Source: the human T2T-CHM13v2.0 reference genome, Homo sapiens
Direction: 5' to 3' (one strand)
NCBI RefSeq assembly: GCF_009914755.1
Contig: NC_060925.1
Length of the DNA stretch: 64,000 bases
The notes below the pieces were generated by a model. That model ran no database searches, was not told the origin of the DNA, and saw only the letters and a list, made by a program, of their open reading frames with translations. The position numbers and the translations under genes were made by a program. This document shows positions 1 through 15,730 of the stretch, in pieces (within the stretch, counting starts at the first letter, position 1; each line of letters begins with the position of its first letter).

Positions 1-152
1 TGCACTGAAAAAATTAAAATTGCTAAAATGGCCATAATGCCCAAAGTGATCTACAGAGTTAATGCAATTCTTGTCAAAATATCAATGACATTATTTATAG
101 AAATAGAAAAAGAAATTCTAAAGTTTGTATGGAACTACAGAAGACCCTGAAT
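1..152 (+). mobile_element. Old L1 ORF2 fragment, cut by the window edge
   Basis: aaaatggccataatgcccaaagtgatctacagagttaatgcaatt matches the L1 ORF2 [16 protein letters not shown] region. Confidence 0.85.
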
Positions 153-984
153 AATATACTAAAATAATCTTTGAATAGCACAACTTCACTGTATTTACTA
201 AAGACATACCTCTCATTAAGACACAAAATTATGACTATAAAAATTGCTTGCCTTTTTTAGTGATATGTTTCAAATGCAGAACTGAGTGATTGATTCTGAT
301 ATATCTTTGACTGTAAGACCTGGCTTTTAGGAATACATCAAATTTCAGTGAAATAGTACTAGCTACAGTTAATTTTATAAAGATTTTCTTTATTATTTTT
401 ATTGTGAGAAATAGAAAAACATTTCATAGATGAGATTTTTCACTGCATATACTAATAATGATTGTATGGATGGATATGATGGCTGTCTCACTTCCTTTCA
501 TTCCCCAGCCAAGAGTCAAGATGCAAGGAACCAAGAAAACAAAAAGTTAATTACTTTGAGGACAAGATCTGTATTAAGCACCAATTATTGCTAGCCGCAT
601 GCCTCAAGGATCAGAACTCAGTTCCATAAGCATATTTAGCCACAAAGAAAAAAAAATGGGAAAATTTAGTTGCTACCAAACAGCAATTTGTCATGCTAAA
701 TTTCTTTTACTATGAAAGAAATAAAAAAAAAGAGATGAGAGTGGTGAGTGTGTAATGTCAGCACGAAGAACCAAAGGACTGCCTTAGTAATTGGTTTTTA
801 TAAAATTCAGAGGAAACCATATTGTCAAATTGAATGGATAAATTTTAAAAACTAACTTTACAATAAATCCATAGCTATAATATTCTTTCTGCAATTTTGA
901 TATTTCAAATATTCAAAATAATTACAGATTACAAGAACGCTTCCATCAGGCCTTATCAGATTTCCACATTAGTAATGCAGTCTG

Positions 985-1190
985 GCATAAGAAGTAACAC
1001 ATAAACTCTAGGGACTATTTGATTCTTAGACCAACTACTTGCTACTCTGTGAATTTACGCAAACTTCTTTATCTCCTTGCGTATTAGTTTCCTCATTTAC
1101 AAAATTAAAAAAATACTAATATGCCTTTTGGGTTGCAGTAAGAATTTTATGAATAAACATTTACATTATTGCCTGGACTATGATAAGCAT
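985..1190 (+). mobile_element. MIR, degenerate
   Basis: MIR core-like ...tgctactctgtga...agtttcctcatttacaaaat... Confidence 0.65.
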
Positions 1191-1949
1191 ATGTATGGGC
1201 TGGGCTAACTACTTACCATCTATATTATATCATCTTATATCATCATTAACATTTCTAAGTTTAGATATCTGTTCTAATTTTATAGTTTTAATAAGATACA
1301 CATTTAACAATTTTAAAATAACTGTATTTCAAGACATTGTAAATATTAAAATGAAAATATAAAACATATTTAATGCCCAGAATACCTTATTTAAACATAA
1401 ATGTCTGCTTCCACAGAACTATTTGCAATAAGATAAATGTTTCAGTATTATAATGTCAACTGTAAAATATTATTTTTAAAAGTTCTAATGTTAGGCACTG
1501 ATGAAAATTGGAAATTTCCAAATACTTTATTAAATTTTTGAAAATAAGTGCCAATTCAAATATTAGATTTGATTTTATAGAAAATGAATGTCATTTAATC
1601 TACAGGTATATTTGGGTACCATTTAATTTAAAAAGGACAAAACCAGGATATTTAAACAATTTTTTAAAAAGTATTCAGAATATTTACTTTATTACTTATA
1701 CCTAGAAAGTGAATAATATGTTTTGGTATTGAATGCAAAATTGCCTAACAGTGTTTCATTCAGAAATCTGAGTGGGACAGTTATTGATGAAGTTATTTAG
1801 ATGAAACATAAAAGCATTATTTTAAAAGACTCTTTAAAAAGTTTGCAAGAATTATGTGATGCGTGTCTATCACTGGATACTATCTAGTACTTCAAGTTTA
1901 AAAATTGCAAATATTGTTCTTCCAATCTTTCTTATTCCTTTATACTTAA

Positions 1950-2520
1950 CGGAATTAACCTACAACCATCAGACCAAGCAAGAATATTTCAACTGTCATT
2001 TGCCACTAGTTGTTCATATTCATCAAGCACTCTGAATCTTGCATTATTACTTTATTTCATATGGCTCTCCCATTATTCTGTTTCCCTGAAATTTTATAGT
2101 AATATTTTAATGGGTATCCCTTTTTTCCAGTTTAATCCTTTAGAAACCATCCACCGTACTGTTATCTGAATCTTTCAATATCAAAAACTAAATTAAGAAT
2201 TTTTCATATTTTACATTTAAACTGTTTTCAATAGCTTTTTAAATAAAGACTGGGTGTACCAATAAGGGACATAATACCACTTATACTCTACTGCTTTTTC
2301 CAGTCTGATATTTTGTCAGCTCCACAACTTATATTAATAAGATTATCATTTTTTAATGATGCTCAAATGATTCCAGTCTTTTCAAATCACCACAGATGTT
2401 CACATTTCCACCATGTCTTTCTGCTGGTACTTTTTCAGCTTAACCTGGATTGAATTTTTATTTTCTCTGTCTGAAAAATTGCTGCTTATTAATTATTTTG
2501 ACAGTCATCTCTGGGAACAT
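1950..2520 (+). mobile_element. L2 relic
   Basis: Degenerate L2 3'-region motifs (ttaatgggtatccct...ccatccac...ctgttatctgaatctttc). Confidence 0.45.
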
Positions 2521-2704
2521 TTTTCATAGCTTCTCAGAGATAATTTATTCTTCTTTTTCTTTTTGCTTGTTAAGGTTCAAGTTCAGTTTGATCATAAACC
2601 TATTAAAATACATCTCTTCAGAAGAATATGTTCGGTTAATTGAGGACCAGTATGATGTCTAAATAATTACTTTATTTCTATGAAATGTAGAGGATAATCC
2701 TTCA

Positions 2705-2994
2705 TTTTTTTTTTTAAGATAGGGACAACTCACCCAGGCTGGAGTGCAGTGGTAGGATCATAGCTCACTGCATCCTTGAACTCCTGGGCTCAAATGATCC
2801 TCCCATCTCAACTTCAGGAGTAACTGGAACAATAGGCACCCACCACCATGTCTGACTAATTTTTATTTTTATCTTTGGAGACTACATCTCTCTATTTTGT
2901 CCAGGCTGGTCTCAAGCGTCTTGGCTTTAAGCCATCTTCCAGCCTCAGCATCCTGAGTAGCTGGGATTACAAGTGTGAGCCATTGCACCCAGCT
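2705..2994 (-). mobile_element. AluJ
   Basis: Antisense dimeric Alu with J-type gatcatagctcactgca and aactcctgggctcaa; TSD gataatcctt (2693) / gacaatcctt (2995). Confidence 0.92.
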
Positions 2995-3043
2995 GACAAT
3001 CCTTATTAGCAAACAATTTCTAATAAATTATTTATAAATTAGC

Positions 3044-3206
3044 ATAATGTAATAATAATGTAATAAATTTACAATAATTGTTAATGTAATAATGTAATAA
3101 ATTTTATACAATAATTTTAATGTAATTTAAGTTTTTAATGTAATAAACTTATACAATAAATTTTTATGCAATAAATGGACAATATTTTTAATGTAATAAA
3201 TTTTAT
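3044..3206. repeat. Degenerate AT-rich minisatellite (aatgtaataaatttt-atacaataa units)
   Basis: Repeated aatgtaataa and acaataa motifs. Confidence 0.8.
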
Positions 3207-3294
3207 AGATTGATAATTTTGGAGTATGGGAACTGTGATGAAATATGGGATATATTTTATTGTTACATATTGGTCGCAATAAAATAAATCCACT

Positions 3295-3600
3295 GGCTGG
3301 GCGCGGTGGCTCACTCCTGTAATCCTAGCACTTTGGGAGGCTGAGGTGGGTGGATCATGAGGTCAGGAGATCAAGACCTTCCTGGCCAACATGGAGAAAC
3401 CCTGTCTCTAATAAAAATACAAAAAAAAATTAGCTGGCCGTGGTGGCACATGCCTGTAATCCCAGCTACTCGGGAGGTTGAGGCAGGAGAGTCGCTTGAA
3501 CCCGGGAGTCAGAGGTTGCAGTGAGCCGAGATCATGCCACTGCACTCAAGCCTGGTGATACAGTGAGACCCCGTCTCAAAAAAAAATAAAAAATAAAAAA
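3295..3600 (+). mobile_element. AluSc (AluSc5-like)
   Basis: gaggtcaggagatc, gggagtcagagg, cctggtga; TSD aaataaatccact / aaataaagctact. Confidence 0.9.
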
Positions 3601-3649
3601 TAAAGCTACTAAGGAGACATAGATTAAGCTATCATTACTTTATAAGAAA

Positions 3650-3857
3650 GTATATATACATATACTTGTATACTTTATCATAAACTTTCTTATATATTTG
3701 CATACTTTCTTACATACACATGTATTATCATATATACATATGTACTTATATGTATACATATACATATGTATACGTATGTACTTATATGTATACATAAGTA
3801 TACATATATACTTATGTATAAATATATGTCTATATACTTTCTTATATACATATATAC
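3650..3857. repeat. (TA)n/(TACA)n low-complexity microsatellite
   Basis: Direct reading. Confidence 0.9.
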
Positions 3858-4539
3858 TTTTTTATAAACTAATGAAAGCTTAATCTATGTTTCATTGGTA
3901 GCTTTATTTTATTCCTTATCAGTATGGCTTGATGTTTATACCATTTCAGTACACTTAAAAGTAATCAATTTTAAAAAATTATGATATTGCATTCCATTAT
4001 GTGGGTTTAACATAATATATTTAATCAATCTCTTTCTTAGATTTTTAGTTGGCTGGAATATTTTCTATATTCATTATTCATATATATGCATGCATTATTT
4101 TAGGATTAAATTTTATGATTACTGGGACAAATGTGTAAGCATTTATCTTTAAATTGAAAAAGTTTGTTGAATTTACCTCCATAAATGGTATGCAAATTCA
4201 TTTTATAAGCAGCCTTCTGTGAAATGTTCGCTTTAACTAATAATTTGAAATAAGTGTCATAAACCTTTTTGATTCTCCAATTCTGATTTCAAACACAATA
4301 GTTCATTTTAGATTTAACTTAATAGTTTTCTTTTACAATAGCTATGTTTAAGAAGCTTTTTATAGATTTATACCAGTAACATACTTTTTCTATTGGATTG
4401 TTGGTTTTCTTCTCATATATTCTTATTTAACTTATATATTCTCCTTTCAACTTAGCAACATTAAGGTCATGTCATCAAACCATATCACTCTTTAACTGTT
4501 GATCTACAGATCCCCTTGTAGCAGTACTTTTAGTTATCT

Positions 4540-4680
4540 CAGTAATATTTCCACAACAAACACCCTGCCAATTATCTTGACTATTTCAACATGCTTATCT
4601 ATACCTGAGCTTCTCAGTTCCTTAACCTACTTTTAATAAATCTTCTCATACACATTACCACCCATCGCCATGCTTGTGAA
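4540..4680 (+). mobile_element. L2 internal relic
   Basis: ttgactatttcaacat...cttctcagttccttaacct...ccacccatcgccatg resembles the L2 ORF2 endonuclease region. Confidence 0.45.
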
Positions 4681-5028
4681 TCAGTGTCTCAACCATTGTT
4701 TTGATATAATGATCTCCTCAGCAATTAGGGGACCCAGTTGGAACCACGGTACCTGTAGTATCTGAACAGTCTGCTCTGGGGCTCTTTAAGAGAATGGTCT
4801 AAGCAGAGCAACAGTGATGATGTCATATAGTCCCAAGGCAGAGCAAACACAAGTATCCAGGTCTAGCATTGTTTATTCGATTATAACTCTAAGTATGACT
4901 AGGAACACACCCCACAACCTGGATATCTACTTCAGCAGACAACTGCAGAACAGTAGTTCACCATAGAAAACGAATTTCTGGTAGGCTGGATGAATTTATG
5001 TTCCATTCACTGAAAAAGAGAACAGTGT

Positions 5029-5322
5029 GGCCAGGCCCGGTGGCTCATGCCTGTAATCCCAGCACTTTCGGAGGCCAAGACGGGCAGATAACCAGGTCAG
5101 GAGATCGAAACCGTCCTGGCCAACACGGTGAAAACCTGTCTCAACTAAATATATAAAAATTAGCTGGGTGTGGTGGCACGTGCCTGTATCCCCAGCTACT
5201 CAGGAAGCTGAGGCAGGAGAATCGCTTGAACCCGGGAGTCGGAGGTTACAGGGAGCCGAGATCACATCACTGTACTGCAGCCTGGCAATAGAGCGAGACT
5301 CCATGAAAAAAAAAAAAAAAAA
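5029..5322 (+). mobile_element. AluSc (AluSc5-like)
   Basis: caggagatcgaaacc, gggagtcggagg, cctggcaatagagc; poly-A tail; degenerate TSD aacagtgt / aaaagtgc. Confidence 0.9.
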
Positions 5323-5629
5323 GGAAAAGTGCATGGTATAGAACTGGGAAAAAGTTGTCACTATAGCCACTTATCTCTGTTTTCTCTGGCATTTGATAAT
5401 TCAATATGTCTTCTAAACTACATGTAAGATAATTGCTCTAAATTATCTTTGCAAATTGCTGAGTCATTATGTTAGAAATACTTGATATGCAAATATTCAC
5501 TTGTTTTCAAATTATTTCACATTATCCAAAATATTTTAGTGAAATGGCAGTTCAAATCTTTCATCCATTGTTGTATTGGGTTGACTACAATCTCATTAAT
5601 GGTGACAATAATGAGAATAAGAATTATAA

Positions 5630-5805
5630 TTAATGAAGATAAATGTATGGCAAATAACCAGATGAAAAAACATTCAGTCTCATTAATGAAATAATTACAA
5701 TCTCAATATGGTATCACAAAACCCTTACAAAAATGGATAAAATTAAGAAGACCTTATATATTTTGAACTAGCTTCTACATATTACTGAAGGGATACAGTC
5801 ATTTT
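5630..5805 (+). mobile_element. Old L1M (L1ME-like) fragment
   Basis: atggcaaataaccagatgaaaaaacattcagtctcatta resembles the L1 ORF2 C-terminal region. Confidence 0.6.
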
Positions 5806-6198
5806 TAAATCAATAGAATATTTGTTCTTTGTTTTTATGTTCAAAAAACAAGAAATGAAGTTCAATATGGGAATAGCTGGTATGCTGAAGCTCCTTTTAT
5901 AAAAAATAAGTGCGTTTGGTTGCTGATTTTTATTTTCTGAAAGTATTCATGAATGAGGACTTCACACACACACACATACACACACAAATCAAAACTGCAA
6001 GAGTAATTTTTGTTAGCATCCTGATGCTACTCTTTATCTAATACCATATGTAGTCATAAGAGTAGCATAACCAATTGGTTCCCTTACACTCTTAATTTCT
6101 TTGTATATGAACTAAGCAGTCATTAAAATAAAAATGATTCATAGTAAAGGAATAAATTTAGTGTCATTTCCTTTTTTAATTTATTTTAGTTTACTTTG

Positions 6199-6490
6199 AT
6201 TTTTTTAAATTTCAAATTTATTGTAGATTCAGGGGCTACATGTGCAGTTTTTGTTACATGAGTATATTGTGTAATGCTGAGGCTTGAGGTGTGATTGATC
6301 TCATTATCCAAGTAGTAAGCATTGTACCCAATAGATAATTAGTTCTTCAACCACTACCCCCTTTCCTCCTTCCCTCTTTCTTTTAGTGGTAGCAAGGGAC
6401 TTTTGTTCCTAACTTTATGATCATGTGTACCCAATGTTTAGCTCCCACTTTTAAGTGAGAACATGAGATATTTGGTTTTCATTTCTGTCT
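6199..6490 (-). mobile_element. L1 3' end (L1PA15/16-like)
   Basis: tagattcaggggctacatgtgcag...gtttagctcccacttttaagtgagaacatg. Confidence 0.88.
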
Positions 6491-6604
6491 TTAAGTATAT
6501 ACATCATATTCATACATTTTCAAAGTTTCAAATCCAACATTTTTAATAGTATGTCACTTGCCAGAAATGAATTGAGAAATCAACAGGCAAGAAAAAAAAT
6601 ATTG

Positions 6605-6921
<317 letters not shown>

Positions 6922-7733
6922 TCTCATAACAAATATCAACACAAGCTTTTAAATGATGTCAAGTATCATCTACATCACTGTCAGCAACTGTGTGTTTAAA
7001 TCTGAGAAGCAGCTATGTAACACATATTATTCTAAATTACATTCACTCCAATACTGGACATTTTTGCTAGAGTTACTCTTCTCTAAAAAACAAAGTATAA
7101 TTATAACAAAAATTATCTTGAATAGAGTAGAATCTTGACAATTTGATAGAAAAGTGTAAGGTATCAGTTCGTGACCCAAGGTATTATCACAGTATGTTCA
7201 GGTTACAGGTGATTTACACACACACACACACTTTTTTAAAGAAGAAAACCACTAATATTACCTCTTTGTTTAGATGCTAGCATCAGAATCCATTTATGAA
7301 TTTTTGTCTCTTGATCTTTAGGTCTTAAACTTCAGGGATGTTGAGAACAATCACCATAGATATATGTAACATCTCTTATTGCTTCACCTAGTACAAAAGC
7401 CTTAGGAGTAACCCCAGGGGAAAATCCACTCTCTTGCTGTGTACTTAAAAATCATTTATGCTTCCTGGATTCAGCATTCAAGCAGGTCATACTAACAGAG
7501 CAATGCAATTAACCTTTCCTATAAATTAAATGTGCAAATATTCTATGCAGTACTTGCTTAGAATAATTCTCCATCATTTATAAAATGTTAGAAAAGTAAT
7601 TTTCCATCATCTGCTAGGCAGTTTAAAGATTAATTATAGAGTTATATTTTTATTTTTTAACAAATTATCTGTTTTCAGAGGCAAGAGGATCATAAGTGTT
7701 GGTGTGTGTGTGTCTGTTTCTCTCATTTTATCA

Positions 7734-9544
<1,811 letters not shown>

Positions 9545-9727
9545 AAGAAAATAAGATTGAAATAGACACATAATTTTTTGAGAATACACTTGTATATTTG
9601 ATGATCAGTTTCATTAATTTTTTTTCTAAAGTAATGCGTATTAATTAATTTGACACGCATTTACTTAGCACCTTCTGTAAAAGTTCAATGACAGTGCTGA
9701 ATATAAGAGAGTTCTTATCCTCCAAAA

Positions 9728-9778
9728 CTATCTATGTATCTATCTATCTATCTATCCATCTACCTATCTATCTATCCA
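9728..9778. repeat. (TATC)n microsatellite
   Basis: Direct reading. Confidence 0.9.
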
Positions 9779-10186
9779 TAAAAAACACTAAATACAAGTA
9801 ACTCAAAAAACAAAACCATATGTATATATTGTTTATATGGATATTTTGTTTATATGTAGTGTCATGTATGTGTAACAATTATATATATGTCATTAAGGTA
9901 GATTATTTCTTTCATATATGTGTGTAATATACTGTGGCTTTGCCACATAGTTCTAAAATTATAAATAAGTAAGCAAATGAAACAGTTCTTTGGAAGTAAA
10001 TATTATTTTGTTGGGTTAGCTGTTGTTTAATCCACTTCCCACAATTAACTAATGAATATACTTTGATAAATAATTGATATCATAGTGCATAAAACAAGAT
10101 TCTATTAAAACATATTAATTGATAACCTTCATATGAAATGTAGTTCTAGATATGCTAAGATCATAAAGCTGGACTTATTAAACCTT

Positions 10187-10517
10187 TGTTGCAGGACTTT
10201 TTCTTAGTTCAGCTAAAGACGGGGTTCTTGTCCATCCCAGGGCCATGAAAATTTAGGCTCACAGATGGTTTAAAGGGTGAGTAAAGCAGGGTTTACTGGG
10301 TGAAAAGGGAAAAATAGAGGAAACAGGAATCCTCCGCAAGGCCAGACTCCCCTGCTAGAGTGCTTCCTGCCTGGGAATTGGAATACCAGATTCTACACAG
10401 GAAGAGGAGGGGCGAGTCTCTTCCCTGCCGCAAATGTTGTTAACTTCCCAAGGCTCCACCTCAGTGGATAGACTGATTGGAGTTTCTCCAGGGAGCCCCT
10501 CCCACCTGGCTGTCTCA
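10187..10517 (-). mobile_element. ERV1 solo LTR, MER61 (MER61A-like)
   Basis: TG...CA ends; reverse complement begins tgagacagccaggtgggagggg; 4-bp TSD cctt on both sides. Confidence 0.85.
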
Positions 10518-11862
10518 CCTTTAGTGACAAAGAAAGGCCTATGTAACCGCTAATCACATTAAACAGCATATTTCAGTTGGTAGAGTTTTGTATAGTAAAT
10601 TCAAATCAAGACATCTTTTTAATATAGTGCTGTGAAAATAAATCCCTTGACCTTCATTAGCATTAATACAAATGGAAAAAGCATATGAATGTGAAGAAAG
10701 TTATTATAATTTTCATCATAATAGTATCTTTAATAACAAGATTTCCTTTTCATAAATCAATAATTACAATAAAAAAGTATGTTTGTGGACATCCTGAATG
10801 TTTATTGAGAATGAAGCTCAAGGTACTGCATTTTATTCCATCTTAATATGGCAGCATAAATCACAAGGTACTGTGAAATACTAATTAATAGCTTTTAATT
10901 GTGGGAGAAAGAAAATTATTGCAGCTGACAATGTAAATCTTCAAAGGACTGATTTTTTTTTTATTTCTTTTGCTGTGAAACTACCGCTATGGAATCAGGT
11001 TTTATTAATTAATTAATATTTGCAATGATTAACATAAAAGAAGATAGTTCATTTCCGTTAATGTAATACATTAGCCGTTTTAAGTCAGGCAATCTCAGAA
11101 ATATAACAGTAGAATTACAGAAGTATACAGTAATATGCTGTACAATGTAATATGCTGACCTTCCCATGAAAACTTGCTGTTTATTTTGTATAAGATATTT
11201 AATGCAATGTCCCTTGACAGAACAGAAAGATGGCACAGTGAGATTTTCAAATTAATATTTATTTTATCACAGTTATTAAAAATACATTTGTTCCATTTCA
11301 CTTCATTCCTTATTTATACAGTTCTTTTGAGTACTACATTCTATTCACTTTCTAAAACTGAACACATCCACTGCAATCAACAAGAGTTGATAGCAATGGG
11401 CATATGGCTTACAACGATAATTGTTTAAAATAATATAATGCGTACATAATAGAAATAAGATTCACTATTCCAATGATAGCAACTTAACTTTCTATCTGAA
11501 GTTAAATTATGTGTCTAGGTAAATTGCTGGAAAAGATAGAAGTATGATGCAACGACTAATCTCTGCTCTATTGTTTTCAAGTCCTATCCCACATTATTTT
11601 TTTTTTCAAGATATATATGGAAACTTCCAATTTTCTTCAACTTTCCTGTTCTTTACTCTTTGATTTACTTTTTCATCTCATTTACTTTTTCCTTTTGCTT
11701 TCTAAAATGCCTTTTTTGTATTCCTTGGGGTTTTCTAATTAATAATTTTGTTTCTCATTCCATGGCACATTCCTGTGACACTGCCAGCCCCTGTAATTAA
11801 CTAATATGGTTTTGTACTTCCATATATTTTATATTTCAACTAATTATAATTTGTCATGGCAT

Positions 11863-12398
11863 TCTCAGAGGCCTTTGAAGCAGAGCAATTCCATCTAGAG
11901 TAGAAGCTTGGTAAAATAAGGCTGAAAACTACAGGGCTGCATTTCCAGATGGTTAGGCATTCTAAGTCACAGGATGAGACAGGAGGTCAGCATAAGATAC
12001 AGGTCATAAAAACCTTGCTGATAAAACAGGTTGCAGTAAAGAAGCTGGCTAAAACCCACCCAAACCAAGATGGTGATGAGAGTGACCTCTGGACTTCATC
12101 ACAGCTGCACTCCTATCAGCGCCTTGACAGTTTACAAATGCCACGGCAACATCAGGAAGTAGCCCTATATGGTCTAAAAGGGGGAAGTGTGAATAATCCA
12201 CCCCAATAAATAACCATGAAAATGGGCAACTAGTGTCCCCCAGGGCTGCTTTGTCTATAGAGTAGCCATTCTTTAATTCCTTTACTTTGTTAATAAACTT
12301 GTTTTCACTTTGCACTGTGGACTTGCCCTGAATTCTTTCTTAAGTAAGATCCAAAAACTCTCTCTTAGGGTCTGGATCCAAATCCCTTTCTGGTAACA
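11863..12398 (+). mobile_element. ERV1 solo LTR, MER41A-like
   Basis: ggttaggcattctaagtcacaggatgag...tggtaaca; 4-bp TSD gcat. Confidence 0.9.
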
Positions 12399-12575
12399 GC
12401 ATCATATACAAAGAAATATTGTCATTATCTTGGAATACATGAATTCTGAAAATCAACATCTACATATATTATTTTACTTAACATAAACTTATAAAACATG
12501 GAATATAGCGCTCAAGTAACTTAGAAGAAATCCATAAGTCAGTAAAAGGGAATCTCAGAGAAAATAAACAACTGT

Positions 12576-12576
12576 A

Positions 12577-12613
<37 letters not shown>
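12576..12613. repeat. (TG)n(TA)n microsatellite
   Basis: Direct reading. Confidence 0.95.
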
Positions 12614-12973
12614 GTATTGTTTTCTCATTAAATGTTTATTTTATTATTACTAAAAAAGTTGTTGAAAATAATTAACTCCTAGCCACAACTTACATTGACA
12701 AATGATAAAAATAGTGGATATACAATTGATGAAGTAAATTAATTGGTTCTTTTCACTGGACCTTTTTATCACGTAATATTTCTGTAGTTTACGTTACGAA
12801 CAAGCACTTAACTATTTCACCTTCATAGGCAAAATAAAGTTAAAAAAAATTGGTAATTATTGTAATAATTCTGCCTAGCAATTTTGCTTTGCTACTTAGA
12901 TAATTAAGAAAAGCACCTGTTTATTCTAATTAGCAAGATAACTTTATTTACATTTACTTAGTAGACATGCTAC

Positions 12974-13486
12974 TGTCAAAGTAAAAAGTGCACTGGGCAA
13001 AGTGAAACGGTTTGAAAAAGGACTGTATCCAAGACTATTGCAACAACTGAACGGAACTGCATTTAAAGAAAGGGTGGGAGAGCTTTGCAGTGAGGTGGAA
13101 GATAGACCCTCTGCATTTCTAACTGGCCTTACTCAAAGGAAAAGTAAACTTTCTCAAGTCTTCATTACAGAAGGTAATTTTACAACGTGGAGCAAGGCAC
13201 CCACTTAGTTTAGGTGGAGCCTTCCCTCCCACAGAGACTAAGATATGTCCATTCTGTTTCTTGGTGATGACCTTTGAAAGGCATGTTCCCCAGATCCTTA
13301 AAGAAGACACACTTGGGTTTTAAAGCCAACAAGAGTCTTTTCAAAGATTTACATTTCAAAGAAAGAAAGAACTTAAAAGTTTTCAGTGTAAATACTCCAG
13401 GAAAAGAGAGGTCAGGGGCTTAGAAACAAAAAGAAGCTTGTCTAAATGTGGTCAAGCTGAGGGAAACATTATGTCTTCCTTGGTCA
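12974..13486 (-). mobile_element. ERV1 solo LTR, MER67/MER31 group
   Basis: TG...CA ends; reverse complement begins tgaccaagg...tttccctcagcttgacc. Confidence 0.75.
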
Positions 13487-13535
13487 TTAGATATAACAAT
13501 AAGGTACCGCATAATAACTTTCTCATTAATATTTA

Positions 13536-13694
<159 letters not shown>

Positions 13695-14681
13695 TTAGGT
13701 ATTTACTATAAAATGTTTGCTTAACAATCTTTATAGTTCTGCTTACGTTAGCTATTTCTTTCAAAGAAGCTTTTTAATTATGTTTCCATAAGTGTATTCA
13801 TATCCATCTTATCTATTTATTTTAAGGCATTTTAATTTGATACCTCACTATTTTTGTCAATAAAGACTTCAGTGATTCACTTAAAATCTCTATAAATTGT
13901 GTTATTTTGTTTTGCGCCAATGACTTTCCTTCTTTATATTTTATAATGTTTTCAGGTAAAACTAAACTTTTGGTTATAGTTTTCATATAAACTTTTAATT
14001 GACCATATCACATTCCATAAAAAAGTGCTAGTTTTTCTGCATATTTGATTTACTTCCCTCATTCTTCTTGACTTAATTTTGGAACACATATAAATGTTAA
14101 ACTTACTGTTCTTTATTCTTAGTTAAATTGTCCTTAATTTGTCAGTTTATCAATTGAAAGTAATATGCTCCAACCTATTGTTTGGATCAAATGTTATTAA
14201 ATTTTCTTCTCACTTATATATGTCATTTTCCTGTTGCATTTTAATAATTCCACTATGCTTTACAGAATTAATAAACAGAAAAAAAATAAGCAACTTACTG
14301 ATGCCCTTAACAGCTGAGCTTACATAGATAAATATTCATGATGTGTATAAAATATTTGTTATATTAAATTTAATGTACCATTCTAAAAAATATAATGAAA
14401 TTCTGAGTTTCTAAAAAATATAATCAAATGCATTATATTCTGTGTGACTCATGAGTTATTGAACAGTTTTAAGCTTCATGGTTATAAAAGTTGTATTATC
14501 TACAATAGTATTTAATTTTATTTAGGTTCTCTAAACTAATTTTTAAATCATTACATGAAGAAAGAAAAATATGTAAAAATATGTCTAATATTGTTAGTCT
14601 CTATTATTAGTTTTGTATCATATTTTAGAGCTAGAACATATGTGCAATGTATATAACATTTCACTGATGTAAATTGTTTAA

Positions 14682-15131
<450 letters not shown>

Positions 15132-15321
15132 TAAATAAATAAGATTAATCACTAAGAGTTTCTTGATGAAAGTGATTTTGGCATCTCTGACTGGAGTTAG
15201 GTAAGAAAAATTGACATGGACAAAAAGACTCTGATTTCCTCATGTTTACATGCTACAAATATTCAATTAAAAAAAACCATGATAGCTTAGGTTCATGGTT
15301 AACAAGCATATTCACATGGAA

Positions 15322-15730
15322 TACTATGGTCTGGATGTTGTTAGTCCTTGCCAAAACTTAAGTTGAAATTTAATTGTCAGTGTGACAGTCTTGAGAGGTG
15401 GTGGGAGCTTTAAGAGGCGTTTGGGTTATGAGACATGTGGCTTCATGAAGGCATTAATGCAGTTTCTGAAGGGAGTGAGTGAGTTTTACCTCTCAGCAGA
15501 CATCTCAAGAGCAGGTATTTGGTCTCTTCTTTTTTTTCTTTTTTCTTGTTTTTGCATAAACCCCCTACCCTTCCACTCTGTAAGTCAGAGCAGTAAGAGG
15601 CCCTCCACAGATAGAGAACCTGATATTGGACTTTCTAGTCTCTGTAATTGTGAGCCAAATAGACTTATTTTCCTCATAAATTACACAGTCTCAGGTATTC
15701 TGTTATAGCAACAGAAAACAGACTAAGACA
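15322..15730 (+). mobile_element. MaLR solo LTR (MSTB/MSTC-like)
   Basis: tactatggtctggatg...ctcaggtattctgttatagcaacagaaaacagactaagaca. Confidence 0.85.

Noticed and set aside
4680-5028. Possible processed pseudogene or MaLR internal fragment
   Set aside because: No recognisable ORF or convincing repeat match; cannot be assigned without a search
10187-10517. p53 site in MER61
   Set aside because: No RRRCWWGYYY pair visible in this copy
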